A stretch of DNA of 64,000 nucleotides from Phoronis australis (Eukaryota; Animalia; Phoronida). Positions 50,016 through 63,756 of this stretch are shown here, in pieces. The stretch covers positions 667,883 to 731,882 of the forward strand of contig NMRA01000126.1 of NCBI GenBank assembly GCA_002633005.1, read 5' to 3'. The notes under the pieces were generated by a model. It searched no databases. It had not been told where the DNA came from and saw only the letters and a program-made list of their open reading frames with translations. Numbering within the stretch: position 1 is the first letter of the stretch; each line of letters starts with the position of its first letter. A program made the position numbers and the translations under genes.

Positions 50016-53000
50016 CTGCAATAGACACCAGGCTGATGTACAAGCTGATCAGACATAACCAGATGGAGCGCACAGTCCAATTTTTGTACTGAAAATGAAA
50101 CTAAAAATTATTTTTGACATTTTCCACACTACTTTTGTACAACCTCAAGATAAGTGTCTATTACTCTATGCTCAAGTTCATTATGGCTTACGCAGATGAG
50201 TTCTCACTTCAAAGTTTGCCCTTGAAAACCCTTAGGTTTGAGCTGAAGTTGAGTGAAACTTTGAGAATCCGACTAAAAAGTCAAGATTTTGGGGATCATC
50301 AAATGCAAACTAGGCTCAGACAGCGATCCAAATAAACCATAATCAATGTATTTGACCACAGAACGATACGCACTTAACATCATAAGGTCACACAAAAGTA
50401 GAATGGAACATGCCAAAAATAATTTCCAGTTTAATTTAGAGTACAAAGATAAGACCTAGGGCCCAGGTTTAGCTACCATATTGTATAAAGGTTTTATTCC
50501 ACTAAGTAGAAGATGTCTGAAAAGTGTACTCGCTTCAGCACTACACTGGGAGCTCAAACTCAGTTCACGTGGATCAGACACTGCACCTGGGTCTACTGTA
50601 CGGTTACAACTTGCATGCTCTGTAGGCACAGGCATGGCAAACAAATAACTCAGTTTTGAAAAACGAAAATTTATCGTTCAATGCTACCAGAACCTCACAA
50701 GCGACTAGGATTGTAGAACGTAATCTTCTACCCAAGTTCACAAGGAAAGGAAGAATTGATTTTGGTTTATAGATCCTCTCCTCAATATTGTTCCTAAGTC
50801 AACAGATAATGGAGTTACAGTCATTAGAAGTGTGAGTACATTTTTGAGACACCTTGTTTGGAATTATCCATGAAATAGCAATCATGTGACCATGAGATTT
50901 CATGAACATTTGTAAAGAAAAGGAATGAAAAATAAAGTTGACATATTTGAACCAATTCAAACGATCTTAATATGTAGTTAAGTATGCCCGTAAATCAACA
51001 AGAGGCAGAGTAAACAAATAGTCATTTCAGCTATGGAGTGATGTATACATACGTTCTACCATGAGATGAATATCTGGCAAGATTCCTGAGTATGAGCGAC
51101 GATGTCAAGCGGATGTGTTTCGTCACTGGCCCTTCCTTGGCTTCCTATAAGCAACCAACAAAAGTCTTGTATTTCACACGGTTGTTTTGTTTAAATCACC
51201 AGTAGGAAGCCCACTAAACTAGTATAGACAATCAGACACTTAGTTGGATAACCAAGGTAACTAGAAAATGAAGCTTCATTTCCATACAAACTCTGAGCAT
51301 TATAGAAACTCAGACACAAAAAATTTAAGAATCCTTCAGCACCATCAACTTGGAATTCCCAATTCTCTTGATCGTAGATGAAACCATGATTGATCACAGG
51401 AAAATGGAAGATGTAAAAATGCGCTCGTTTGTGCGACTTAAATGCAAGTTAAGCAGACTTAAAAGGTATTTGTAAGCTATTAACTGCACCAAGGTATAGT
51501 AGCAACTCAAGACGGATGTTTTTTCATATATCCTCCACTAACGAAGCCGCAGTTCTATTCATACATGAACACAAAAATTGTGCAAATGGACAACCTTTAC
51601 ACTAATGACAGCTTGCGGGCCTACATAGCCTGCATTATACTGTGTTATTTCCAGCACGACACCACATTATTTACTGAACATGGGTCAGTGATTTGCAATG
51701 AGTAATTTTCACCACAAATCTCATTCTTAAAAACATTTAGCAACTTCCACATCACTTCACATTCACATCGCTGCACTTAAGATGTATTTCTAACTCGTCT
51801 GACCAACTACTATCAGATATAAAATGACAACTACCATGCAAAATTTAAGTTTAAACTAGCTAAAATAAAAGCTAACTACAGCTACAGAAACATAGTTGAC
51901 TGTTACTGACCAGTAGTTCTGGGTATGGTTGTTGAACAGCTAGGCGTTTGATTGCCTGTGACGCGGCGTCATTAGCGTACACCGGTGGTGGTGCAGCAGG
52001 TGAGGGAGGTGGTGCTGGCGATGGCACTGGTGTACCGTTAGGTGTGGACATCACCTGACGTCTCATCGCGGCTCCCTTCAGAGCCTGTTCAGTACAGTGG
52101 CGATCCTATAGAAAATAGGGGATTATGAATGCTATGGCTCAATACACTGACATTTAACTTTCATTGAGACTAACACAAATTCAAATACACTATGCAGAAA
52201 AAAATGAAATCGCGTGTTGTAAACAAAAAAAAATCGGAAGAAATTTGATCATTACACTATTTGCTGATCCCCTTGCACACATAGAACGCAAGTGACAATT
52301 CCACAGGAGCTTTTCACAATTCATCCATAACTACATCAATGTAATGGCGCTTGAAATCCATCGCAGTGAACTGCATGCATCATCAGGCATACGTGAAATT
52401 TTAGCCAGTCAGCAGTGATGTGTGTTCTAGGTGTGATATCGTACCTGTATATGAGTCACCAGTGATAACTTCTTTCTGTGCAGCTTGTCACAATTCTCCC
52501 ATAAGCATAACCCATCGCCTGTTAAGTGCGTCTTACACACGTGCACCAAGGTGGCTCTGGCAGAGTCAAAAGACCTACAACGAAAAGTGGGCATAAAAGT
52601 TGTAAAAGCAACAATTAACAATCAAATATCAGGAAAGGTATGATTTCACTATATCTCAACTAATATATAACGCCAACCAAGTAAAAACAATCCAATTTGG
52701 ACATCGAACGCTTATTAATTTGGATTTCAGAAAAACGTTTGCACCATTTTGTAACTCGAGCATTCCACGACATCAACTTACTAATTCCTCCATTTTTTGA
52801 CATCAATCTCAAGTTATAGAATTGTGAAGAATGACAATAAAAGCAATAATAAAAAAACGTGTTTCACATTATTGGTTAAAAAGCATGTTCAAGTGAGTAC
52901 AGGTAAAATAGGGAATGCTCAGCCAAAGTCAGTTGAATCACAATGCACATTGTGGTGAATCACAACGCACATTGTGTTTTACAATCAATTTCTTTCTTAC

Positions 53001-56000
53001 TGCGGTTGCACTTGAATTATCAACACTGGTTTTTTTTTTGCAAAATTCATGGCAATCTTACCATTTCCAAGACAACATTCACGTGACCATGAATTAAATA
53101 ATGATGACGATAATTCAAATCTAAGAATTTTTAAAAAATAAATATGGCCACAGGTAAAATACGCCAGGATGTCTTCAAGTTTCCCCACAGCTTGCGCACA
53201 ATTGGTCCACAATACCAGGGTTATACTTGTGGTGTTTCGCACAAAATAGAACATGCTTCTTGGTCAGCTAAATTGTAGTACAAAATACTGGTCTGACTAG
53301 TTGTCCTGACCAGATGCCACTGGCACCCTTAACCAAAACAGCCTAAACCAAGCATAGACAAAGAGTAATGGTCAACACATAATAGACATCCTCAGCGATA
53401 AACCCAACCTACTTTTTACAGTTTGCCCAATCGCACACATAATCTCCAAGGACCAGACTGGCTATACTGGACGTCGACGAACGCCTGGAATCTGTTTTCT
53501 TTGACTTCTTCTTCTTTGGCTTACTGGTCTCATCCACAGAATGCTGTCGCTTAACTACAACATAACCAGAAAGATCTTATAAAGATTTTGTTAAGAGATT
53601 AGTAATCATAGCATGGTTTCCATTCAAATATGCCTAGCAACCAGAGATCTCCTCCTTTCAGAAACAGAAAAAATCACAAAAAAATCTGCCAGTAAATATT
53701 TTGAACAGCACCTCATCTTGACACGAGATCAAACTCATGAACATACCCTCCCCTACAGTCGTACAAGATATTTCTCTAAAATGTTTGTGGCAATCACAGT
53801 TTTCTGTAACCAATCAACTCGTAAACAGAACAATTGGCCTAGAACTTGTGAAAAGCAATGTCATATTAAGTGAGTGAATGTTATTAACCAGACCTGCTGT
53901 CCAATGTTTCGACTGTACCAGAGTCACTTAAAAAGTAGTCAGCAAGTTCTTATCAGAATTTTAACTCATAATATAAATTACTCACAGTGACTAACCAACA
54001 ACCATATTTACCTGCTCCATCAGCTGACTGAGATGCCAGCTCCGTTGTCTGAACATCAACTCTACCAGGAGTGCCTTGTGAACCAGACCCCTCAGGGGCA
54101 GAGGAGGGCCCATCATCCTGGTCAACATCCATTCTCACCTCACTTTTTGCACCTGAAGTTACTGACTTATCAATTAAATTATTTACAGTGACTGCATCTA
54201 TGTTTTCACAGGATATGCCTTCACTGCTCGTTTCGACTACTGGAATCGTAGCCTGAAGGTCACTTTCTGTGCCATTGGGTAGAGGACTATTTTTAATGTT
54301 CTTCGCATTAGTTGCACTACCTATGTGAGTGTTGGCACCACTCGTCACATCAGCTGATTGACAATCACCCTTCATCGAACTAACGTTAGGGTGACAGTCA
54401 AGCCTTGCACCATCACTAGATACAGCATCTTTAGGACTATTGTCATTATCAGACACATCTGTTGTAGGACACGTGTCACCACTCGGCGTAGCATCTTTAC
54501 GACTATTGTCATCACCAGACACATCTGCTGTAGGACACATGTCACCGCCAGACGCATCTGCTGTAGGACACATGGCAACACTTTTCACAGCATCTTCAGG
54601 ACTATTGTCATCACTCTTACCACAGGCAACAGCACAAGTGTTGTCATTACCTGCACTAGTTATAGGACCGTTGTTACCATGTGCCACTTCTTCTAAAGAG
54701 CAAGTTTTCTCATCTGTTGTACTAGCTATAATACCATTATCACCTCTCAATGCATTGCCAACAGGGCTCATGACATCCTTAGTAACAACATGTCCTGTAT
54801 TACAATCACCTTTGGTCATATTGTCGCCCGAGATGTCCAACTTGCTAGACAACACTTTTGGCGTTTCCAATTCCTCAGGCAGTGCACCATTCTCAGTAAC
54901 ATGACCAATTCCATTAAGTTTAGTCTTAGTCCTTAATTTGTCACTAGCATTAAGTATACTGTCTATGTCACCATTAGGCAGATGATTAACAAGGCCATTC
55001 ATCAAACAATGTTCCTTCAGATCGACTGCCTCAGTCATNCTGTAGGACACATGTCACCGCCAGACGCATCTGCTGTAGGACACATGGCAACACTTTTCAC
55101 AGCATCTTCAGGACTATTGTCATCACTCTTACAACAGGCAACAGCACAAGTGTTGTCATTACCTGCACTAGTTATAGGACCGTTGTTACCATGTGCCACT
55201 TCTTCTAAAGAGCAAGTTTTCTCATCTGTTGTACTAGCTATAATACCATTATCACCTCTCAATGCATCGCCAACAGGGCTCATGACATCCTTAGTAACAA
55301 CATGTCCTGTATTACAATCACCTTTGGTCATATTGTCGCCCGAGATGTCCAACTTGCTAGACAACACTTTTGGCGTTTCCAATTCCTCAGGCAGTGCACC
55401 ATTCTCAGTAACATGACCAATTCCATTAAGTTTAGTCTTAGTCCTTAATTTGTCACTAGCATTAAGTATACTGTCTATGTCACCATTAGGCAGATGATTA
55501 ACAAGGCCATTCATCAAACAATGTTCCTTCAGATCGACTGCCTCAGTCATCTTGGCAACTAACTCTTGCTTTTTTAGTGAGATGTTTTCATTTACTTCAC
55601 TAGAATCTCTCTCTCCATTTGTCAGGTCACCATTTGGCAAGCCATTCAGCAGACCCTTGTGTTGAGATTCTCCGTTCTTCGTTGGTGACATCTTATTCTG
55701 CCTATTGTCCTCGCTGGGCACAAATGGTGGTGCTGCCCCAGACTGTATATGAGTGATGTTTTCTACACGTTCTATCTTAGCCTCCTCAACCACTTCGTGA
55801 TGAAGGACAACATCCTGGGCCCTCTCTACCTGGGAGCAGACCTCTAACTGGTAACTGCGTGGGGAACGAGGCGAGCTGGACCGGCGAGGCGACGCCCCTT
55901 TAGCACTCCTGGGTGACGACGACCTGGACGGAGACGAGGCTGGCGACTTTCTGCTGCCACCACCTCTGTTGACACTACTCTCTGTAAAGCTCAAGGTCTG

Positions 56001-59000
56001 CTGGAGAGTTTCAACAAACCCACTAGCAGGAAGGCCTCGTGCCAACAGAGGATTAGTCAAGGGGTTCCTATCTGAGCATGGTGCCTGGTTGGTCTTAGGC
56101 GGTGTGCTCGTGCACTGAGCTGCAGTGGATGGCTGGTCTCTAGCAGTGGCAGTGTGGGACAGTTTACTAGCCAACAAACTCTTGATGAGATTACTCTGGG
56201 AAGACTTCGCCGTGTGTGATGATGATGGAGGGGGCTTGTTGGGAGACATCTGCTGTTGTAATCTCTGCTGAAAGGCGAGCACATTCTGTGGAGGAGCCAT
56301 GAGTTGCTGTTGCAGCACAGATGGGGGCTTGGATGGTGGTGGCTGGCAGGAATGATCAGGGAGATGGTGTGGCTGCATCACAGATGACGGAGGCTTGGCT
56401 GGCACTGGTTGGTGAGAGACTGGAAACAATCAGATGCAGTAATGTACAACTAACAACTGACCATTTACGCACAAACCAAAGTCACACGCGCTTGTCCGAA
56501 TGTACACACAAGGAAAGGGAAAGTTGCCATGTTAGATTTAATAACTGTGCCAAATGTCTGCAAGCTGCAATACATGTGTAACTCATTGCACAAAGTCACT
56601 ATACAGACGTCTGCTCACCCTGTCTGGCAGTTGTGTGTCTACACCAGTAACACTTATCTTAGCTGCTGTGACAATTCATGGACACTGAAGTCCAGTCATA
56701 TCATACATCTCATAACATTATAATCAAACGCGATGACTCGCCATTTGAATCTGATTGAGAATTTCAAAGACACACTCGCATGAAATTTTTCTACAACAGC
56801 AATCTGTTTTTACACCATGTGCAATGGGGCCTACTATCAGTACAGAAACTTAACCTAGAAACATGACATCAGATACACTGTGATCATCCTCAATTAAAAC
56901 TGCTAAAATCTATCGATATATAACAACGCATTATGTCGAGTGGTTATACTGCTCGTTCAGTCCAACACTGAGGACGGTAAGCCCTGAGCCACCCTTTCAC
57001 TGTTGGCATGGCAACACTACACAATCCAATGAAGATGTTGGATGCGTCATGTCATGTGACCATGCCTGGGTTGTGTTAGTAAACTACCAACCTGGAGGTG
57101 GCGCTCCTTTCTTCCCAATCCCTTTGAAGAATAGTTCACCACTGCCACTGCCTTGGGGATCAAGCTTGGTGACCTCTAGGTTAGGAAACAACATCCTACA
57201 ACCGACAATGATTCAATAGAATATGCCAGAAAACTAAAAGTCAAAACGATGAAACATACAAATTTAGAGCTAACATTCATTCAGCACAAGGCCTACCTAG
57301 TAAAACTGTAGGCCTACCTCACATTATAACAAAAAATAAAAATGAAACACAGTAGGCACAACCACACCTAAGAAGGGCGGCACCTGATTAGCTGACATTT
57401 TTACTCTCTCATTACACCAACTCTAGTATCTTTTAAATTACCTTTTATCAAATTTTTACTAATTCCAGTTTACATATTTCACATTTGTAATGGCCAACAC
57501 TGGGGATACAAAAACACATAAACCCATCATCAAGCTTTTTACATGCTTGCTGTCATGGACTAAGCAACAACGTCATGTCATCAGCAATTTGGGGATTTCA
57601 TTTATGACACTGCTGTCGTCTTTCACATTATGGGATGATTGTCGGCTCGCAAACATCTGTTGACATCACAGATAACTTGGTGACTTGTACTATAATGTGA
57701 AAGTACAGGTCAACTGCAACATGCTTTTGGAGCGAGTATGACTAAACAACAATTATTATATAAGAATAAAGAATTGAAGTGAGCTAAAATGCATCGAATG
57801 AATACATTCACTTTTAAATTTTTTTGCCCAAAAAATTCTTGAGTTAAATTTCACCACCTAAAATTGCAGGCCTACGCTATGTAGACCGCGGAAATGCAAG
57901 GTTACGAGATACCGCCATGCATTACAAGCAAAACATGAGGTCACACTAGTTTCACTCGCTCATATTCTTGCGCTTACAGAACACCACCCAGGTTTATAAA
58001 AGTCTCCAAGTTTTCAGTAATGACAACAGATGTTTATGAGCCTACAATCGACCCTCAATAAATTTGAAAAACGGCCATCAACATTACCAGTGAGCATATT
58101 TTGCTGTAGATGAAATCACCAGATATGATCCATTTCAGGATGCACTCTTCCTTATCATGTAAACTTGAGAGTAAAACCCCGGCTTGAGATATCTATATCG
58201 CCAAAGACCAAACTCAAAACCAACCATCCATCAAAGTGCAGAAACAGCTTCACGTAATATCATGATATTAAATTCTGTTTAAATCTGTAAAAAGGGTCGA
58301 CTGATTATTCAGGCGTGAACCCAGGATCATGATCAGTGGGGGTCTGATGGTGGACAGCTGCAGGACACTTTACATTACTCTACAGAAGCAGTAAAAAGTG
58401 TCCAAGCAGGGGAAGTCCAGGCCCTCTTCTGGATCTGCACCAGTGATCAGTGTACAGCACAGAGACCAACATTTACCTGACACAGTTGAAGAAATTATCG
58501 GCAGGTAGTACACTAGTCTGGCCATGTTTTGAACAACAGTGCAGGAAGCTAGAGTAGACATCAGCACGACTGGTCACCTTGCTTGGCTGTGCTTCATAGT
58601 TTGACTTGAGCCTGATTACAGAGCAAAGGACATTGATAATACAAAAGCTGTCAAAAACTGACATTTGGTAACCAATACGTTTGCTTCAAAAAAGCAACTG
58701 CAGCATGGTCCTTTGAATATGCACTCTTATGACAACTTTCAGCATGATGACCCGCACCACTTAAACATAGTGGCAATTACTAAATAGAAAGATACTACAC
58801 CAATTATACATGGTAAAATTAAGTTGGCTTATCTTGACACAACTGTGACAAGCACACAAAAGAATGTTTTTAATTGTAGTAAAAATAAAAAAAACATTAG
58901 AGCAAACAGTATGCTTCTAGGTGTGACTGTTAGTGTCATACAAATGGTCAACAGATGGTGCAGAATATGTCCAACCTGTCCGAAAATGGAAAGTTGCTGT

Positions 59001-62000
59001 CGTCTCCGTAATAGTAAACAGTTTTGCATATTTCATGAAAATCTATCGAGGAACTTCACAAAAACAGGGTAATAGATATAATGTGGCTGCATTTTGAGAA
59101 CCAGCGTTCTCCACAGAATAACGCACATCAAACTGGTTCCCACTATTGCCAAAGCATATGTAAAAAAATCAAATTGCCACTGGGGAAGGACAGCCCGTCA
59201 GTCTGTTGTCAAGTTCATTGGAATACACTTGTCAGATCCTGCAAGCCTTTAAGCAAGACACTCAGAGATGCAAAAAATGCCACTTTGGGCACTAGAGCAG
59301 TTGGACAAAATTAATGTCACTCCTGCTTTGGTCAATGGAAACACATCTGTAAATTTTCATAATGATCCTTTGCATGGTTTGGCAGATAGAGAGGCAGACA
59401 TCAAAAATGAACTTAACAAGAGCAACGCGGAGCGTTGAAATGCGCCCACAATTGCACCGCATACGGTATCCTTCTAGGGTTGTTTATTGGTACCATAAAG
59501 TGGCCAGTAGAGGGCATACTTTGCAAAATGGAAAGGCATGGTCATTGTCTCCTCAATAGGCTAGGGGCAAAATGTGAGTAATCTTCATAATACAAGCACA
59601 TCCTATACACCAGTTGCTTAAAGCACCACAGAAACATAGAATTAAAAACAAATTTACCAACATACGAGATTAGCACAGCATTAGAATGCCAGAAACAAAT
59701 TTCTACTTGGAACTTTTCCTTCACAGTCACGAAGTAACACAAAGTATACACCTGAAGACCTATGAAAATACAGAGGTCAATGTAAAATACTAAAATTGCC
59801 ACTAGAGGCAAATACTAAAATTGCCACTAGAGGCATACCGGTAATCAGAATCATCCTAAAGTCGTCATCGTCCGTTGTCAACATCACATAAATACACTTG
59901 CTAAATTTAGTAAAGATCCTGCAAACGGTTTGGGAGATACAGCCATGGGCGCAAAAAAACAAAACTGCCACTAGGAGGCGCCACAGTAGTCCAAATCGTC
60001 TGAAAATCATTGTCAGCTGTCTTCCTTATAGTAAGCACATACACGCCAATTTTCACAATCATCCTTTGAGCGGTTTGGTTGATAGAGGGGTGGACGCAAA
60101 AATACAGACTCGAAAACAGTAAAAATGGCCACTAGGTGGCGCAAACTACGTCGAATCCATCTGAAAACAGTAGGATAGCGTCATCTCACTAATAGGTGCC
60201 TACATACCAAATTTCATGAAAATCCGTTCAATACTTTTGAAGATACAAAGGTAAGCGTAAAAAACTAAAATTGCCACTAGGGGGCACACCGGTAGTCGGA
60301 TCCGACCAAAAGTCGTCATCTTCCGTTGTTAACATCATATAAATATACTTACACAATTTGTAAAGATCCTGCGAACGGTTTAGGAGATACAGCCATAGGC
60401 GCAAAAAAACAAAACTGCCACTAGGAGGCGCCACAGTAGTCGAAATCGTCGGAAAATCATCGTCAACCATCCTCTACATAGTAAGCATATACATGCCAAT
60501 TTTCACAATCATCCTTTGAGCGGTTTGGTTGATAGAGGGGTGGACGCACAAAAACAGACTCGAAAACACTAAAAATGGCCACTAGGTGGCGCAAACTATG
60601 TCGAATCCATCTGAAAACGGGAGGATAGCGTCATCTCACTAATAGGTGCCTACATACCAAATTTCATGAAAATCCAATAAGGACTTGTGAAGATACAAAG
60701 GTAAGCGTAAAAAAATTAAAATTGCCACTAGGGGGCACACCGGTAGTCGGATCCGTCCGAAAGTTCGCACATGCCGTCCCATTCATGAATGGAACATATG
60801 TGCCAAATTTCATGAACGTATGTCAAAGGGTTTTGGAGATAGAGCAGCGGACGCCGGACGCCGCCCGGACGGACGGAGATGACGGCATAATGCGTCCACA
60901 TATAAATATGTGGGCACATAAAATTCAACATGACATGATCTCGTTAGGAATACATCTGCCATTTTTCAAAACAATCCTTTGAGAGGTTTAGTGGATAAAG
61001 ATGTGGATGCCAAAAACCCCTCGAAAATAACAAAATTGGCCACTAGGTGGTACATAATATGTCGAATCCACCTTAAAATGGAACAGCATTCTCGCCTCCT
61101 TGATAGAAGCATACACGCCAAATTTCATGAAAATCCATCAAAGAACTCTGAAGATGGAGGCAAAGGCAAAAAATGCAAGATTGCCACTAGGGGGCACAGT
61201 GGTAGTCACACTGGTTCGAAACACGTAGTCATCCATCTTCAGCTTCATATGAACACATCTGCAAAATCCCATTGAGATCCTACAAGGGGTTTATGAGATA
61301 AAACAGTAGACACTGGACATCCCAGAAAGAGACGACAGCAATATGCACCTACATGATTAAGTCAATGAGGGCGCATAAAAATGTGCTAACCCAAGCAATG
61401 AAAACTAGAGAAAAAATAAAATATTTCGACTGACCTATCCACCTCAAAGAGTGAGGATAAGGCAACGGGAAATATCATTTAAGACACATCTTTAAAAGAA
61501 TAACATTAAGAGTTTTGTCAGCCCAAAGACTTACCAATTACACGCATATGTCTGTGGGTCGACTGCTACAGGCCTTGGTATTGACTGATATGTTTGACCT
61601 TGTATGGGTGCTGCAGGCAATCCTGCAAGAACACAGTCACGGACTTGTAGACTGGCACATGGACTTATCTGATACATTCTAGCTAATACTCGAGTTGATA
61701 TATGTGTCAAAGAAACTCGGAGCACTATTGTCCTGGTCTGATTAATAAACAACTTCAACAAGTGATGCACAAGATTTCTTTGAAAAGCGACTACAAACCC
61801 AAGAATCAAATTTTTAGACCACTTACTGCAATACAATTGGTCCTAACTTGTCCCTTACTAAGACGAGAAGTGACTTCTCAGTATGGAAAGAAGTGACAGT
61901 TAGTTGTTCCTTGAGAACATACATGTCGCATAAAATGACTTAACAAGCCAACCTGTAGAGCCTCATCTCAACTAATAGCCAACTGTCAATTCTATCGAAG

Positions 62001-63756
62001 TCCTCAAATCATCTCCAATTTGAAGAAGGAACAGTAAGTAATCCAATTCAAAAGATATTTTTCATAATCTAAGGTGGGTTTATAGCAATATCAAACTGAT
62101 TTTATAAGTGCCTTCGACAAGTGCTGTAAATGTAAAATTGAGATGTCAAAAATATTCCATTTTGTAACAAACATATGGCTTGCGCTAACCCTACATTGAC
62201 AGTCTTCAATGTCTTTTAATCAGAGAATGATAGATCAGAACTAAATCAGCTATCTTTGTTTCAGTATCCCATACAACTGGACAATTTACTCTGCACAAGC
62301 TACACAAGTTGATGACTACACAAGCCTACTTACTGTTATCTGATTGTGTGGCAAGGGCGTGTGGTGAGATAGGGACCATCTCGTAATGTTCTATCACCTT
62401 GATACCCTGCAGAGCTCCTGGACCATACGATCCAGCTTCAATAGTCACCAGGTCAACAAGTGTGTCTGAAAAAAGCATATTTTATTTCTTTCTCTCCAAG
62501 TGAGTTTTGAAAGACACAAATGAGAGAGCTATATGCAAAATAACTATTGGCTTATAGTGGTGGTAACATATTAATCGAACTGGACTGCTGGACACAAATC
62601 TAGAACCACTGTTTCCATGTGTTTTTGAATGTTGAATTTATCATCTAGAATTATAATGAATGACACAAAGTTTGGTTCCTGTTTTTTAAATAAATCGCTT
62701 TACAATGCAAAAGTTTAATACTTTGTTATTGTAACAAAAGATTGCTCCTCATAAAACTGTTTCCCTACTCAAAGCCAGAAGATTGTTCTTATCCAGCAAC
62801 CATTTACAAAGTGACATAACAGACATAAAAAGTATGTTCCAACATTTCTGGTTCGTGATGACAAAAAGTACTGCCCACATAACATAACAAATTTCACTTA
62901 AAAACTGTTGTAGAGTTACTACTTTGACACAAGTTTTTACAAATATCCTTGCAACTTGAATAATTATTAAAAGACTACTCACTTAAGTCTGGAAAAGTTA
63001 ACACAATGAAATGGACAGGGGAGATAAGTACGAGTCTTTAATGCATATTTGGCTTCAGAAATTTCCAAAATTGAACCAGAAAAGCAATACTGTTAGAAGA
63101 GAACAAATGATGGAGTATCAGCCTGTTTTCAAACTGATTTTGAAATATTCCACATCCGAGATTCATTTACAACTAATAAGCATCTCTCGAGATGTTACAT
63201 GCAACACATTCACAGTGCAACTTCAACATAATTATGGGACCACTTTTGCACAAACCTTATCACTTCCAAGCACTTTTCTGTGATCAAAATGTCAGCTACT
63301 TGTAAACACACAACGACATTAGTGATCAGTCCAAGTTCAGACTCACACTACGATGTGATGGTTAGCTCCGAGATGCAACATTTGATGTCATACTTATCTC
63401 AACTTTAAAGGGACATGAATGGATGAAAGTAGGAAAAGGCAGCACATACCCACGCAGCGCTTGCTGTTGGCTATACCATTGCAGGCCTCCTCGCCCAGTT
63501 CACTGAGCTGATAGAGAGACTCCAGGGCGTATACTATCAACTGAATGTCCTGCACGGTCAGCAGACCAGCCAGGTCAGAATAGGCCTTTGGCTCCAGACT
63601 GCTAGTCACGATCTCCTCGTTACATTCCACCTGACACAGTTTGCCCAGGATCTCCATGCCTCGGACCACCTCAAACTTATCAGAGGAGCCTAGACAGCGT
63701 GTGATTGTCCTCAGTACCAGCTGGGTGTTACGGAAGTCAATGGGGTCGAGTGTCAG
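49910..63756 (-). CDS. ARID2: ARID2/BAF200 (PBAF subunit), 3' 11 exons; the 5' part lies beyond the window
   Basis: ARM-like segment ([23 protein letters not shown]), RFX-type winged helix, long disordered exon, two C2H2-like fingers (CDWANC; CLWENC..HIQDRHC), conserved [23 protein letters not shown]; splice phases consistent. Confidence 0.95.
51053..51144 (-). CDS. ARID2: ARID2 penultimate exon
   Basis: [30 protein letters not shown]|gtatgt. Confidence 0.94.
51911..52105 (-). CDS. ARID2: ARID2 exon
   Basis: [41 protein letters not shown]|gtcagt. Confidence 0.9.
52445..52574 (-). CDS. ARID2: ARID2 exon (zinc fingers)
   Basis: [43 protein letters not shown]|gtacga. Confidence 0.92.
53413..53554 (-). 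CDS. ARID2: ARID2 exon (NLS-like stretch, start of ZnF1)
   Basis: [29 protein letters not shown]|gtaggt. Confidence 0.9.
54012..56419 (-). CDS. ARID2: ARID2 large disordered exon (includes a 511-bp duplication plus N, probably artefactual)
   Basis: ORFs 55035-56429 and 53953-55050; removing one copy plus the N gives a 1896-nt phase 1-1 exon with cag acceptor and gtaaat donor. Confidence 0.88.
54528..55550. other. 511-bp direct duplication separated by a single N (likely haplotype-overlap artefact)
   Basis: 54528-55038 vs 55040-55550; N at 55039; two substitutions seen. Confidence 0.88.
57092..57195 (-). CDS. ARID2: ARID2 exon (end of RFX domain)
   Basis: [34 protein letters not shown]|gttggt; phase 2->1. 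Confidence 0.85.
58477..58611 (-). CDS. ARID2: ARID2 exon (RFX-type DNA-binding domain)
   Basis: [44 protein letters not shown](R)|gtaaat. Confidence 0.9.
58850..61381 (-). mobile_element. Older degenerate HINE copy hosting copy B
   Basis: Diverged gccactaggNggc / aaatttcatgaaaat units; ends gggcgcataaaaa; left boundary approximate. Confidence 0.6.
59416..60923 (-). mobile_element. HINE/DINE-1-like element, young copy B (one extra 450-bp unit), nested in an older copy
   Basis: Same termini and unique arm as copy A; two tandem 450-bp trimer units; flanked by degenerate same-family sequence ~58850-59415 and 60924-61381. Confidence 0.8.
61535..61622 (-). CDS. ARID2: ARID2 exon (entry to RFX domain)
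   Basis: (R)[28 protein letters not shown](W)|gtaagt. Confidence 0.85.
62334..62465 (-). CDS. ARID2: ARID2 exon
   Basis: (D)[43 protein letters not shown]|gtaagt. Confidence 0.9.
63450..63756 (-). CDS. ARID2: ARID2 exon (ARM-like region)
   Basis: cag|[28 protein letters not shown]|gtatgt. Confidence 0.93.

Noticed and set aside
53953-56429. Two tandem paralogous genes (365 aa and 464 aa)
   Set aside because: A single ARID2 exon split by a duplication around an N; collapsing it restores the frame and splice phases.
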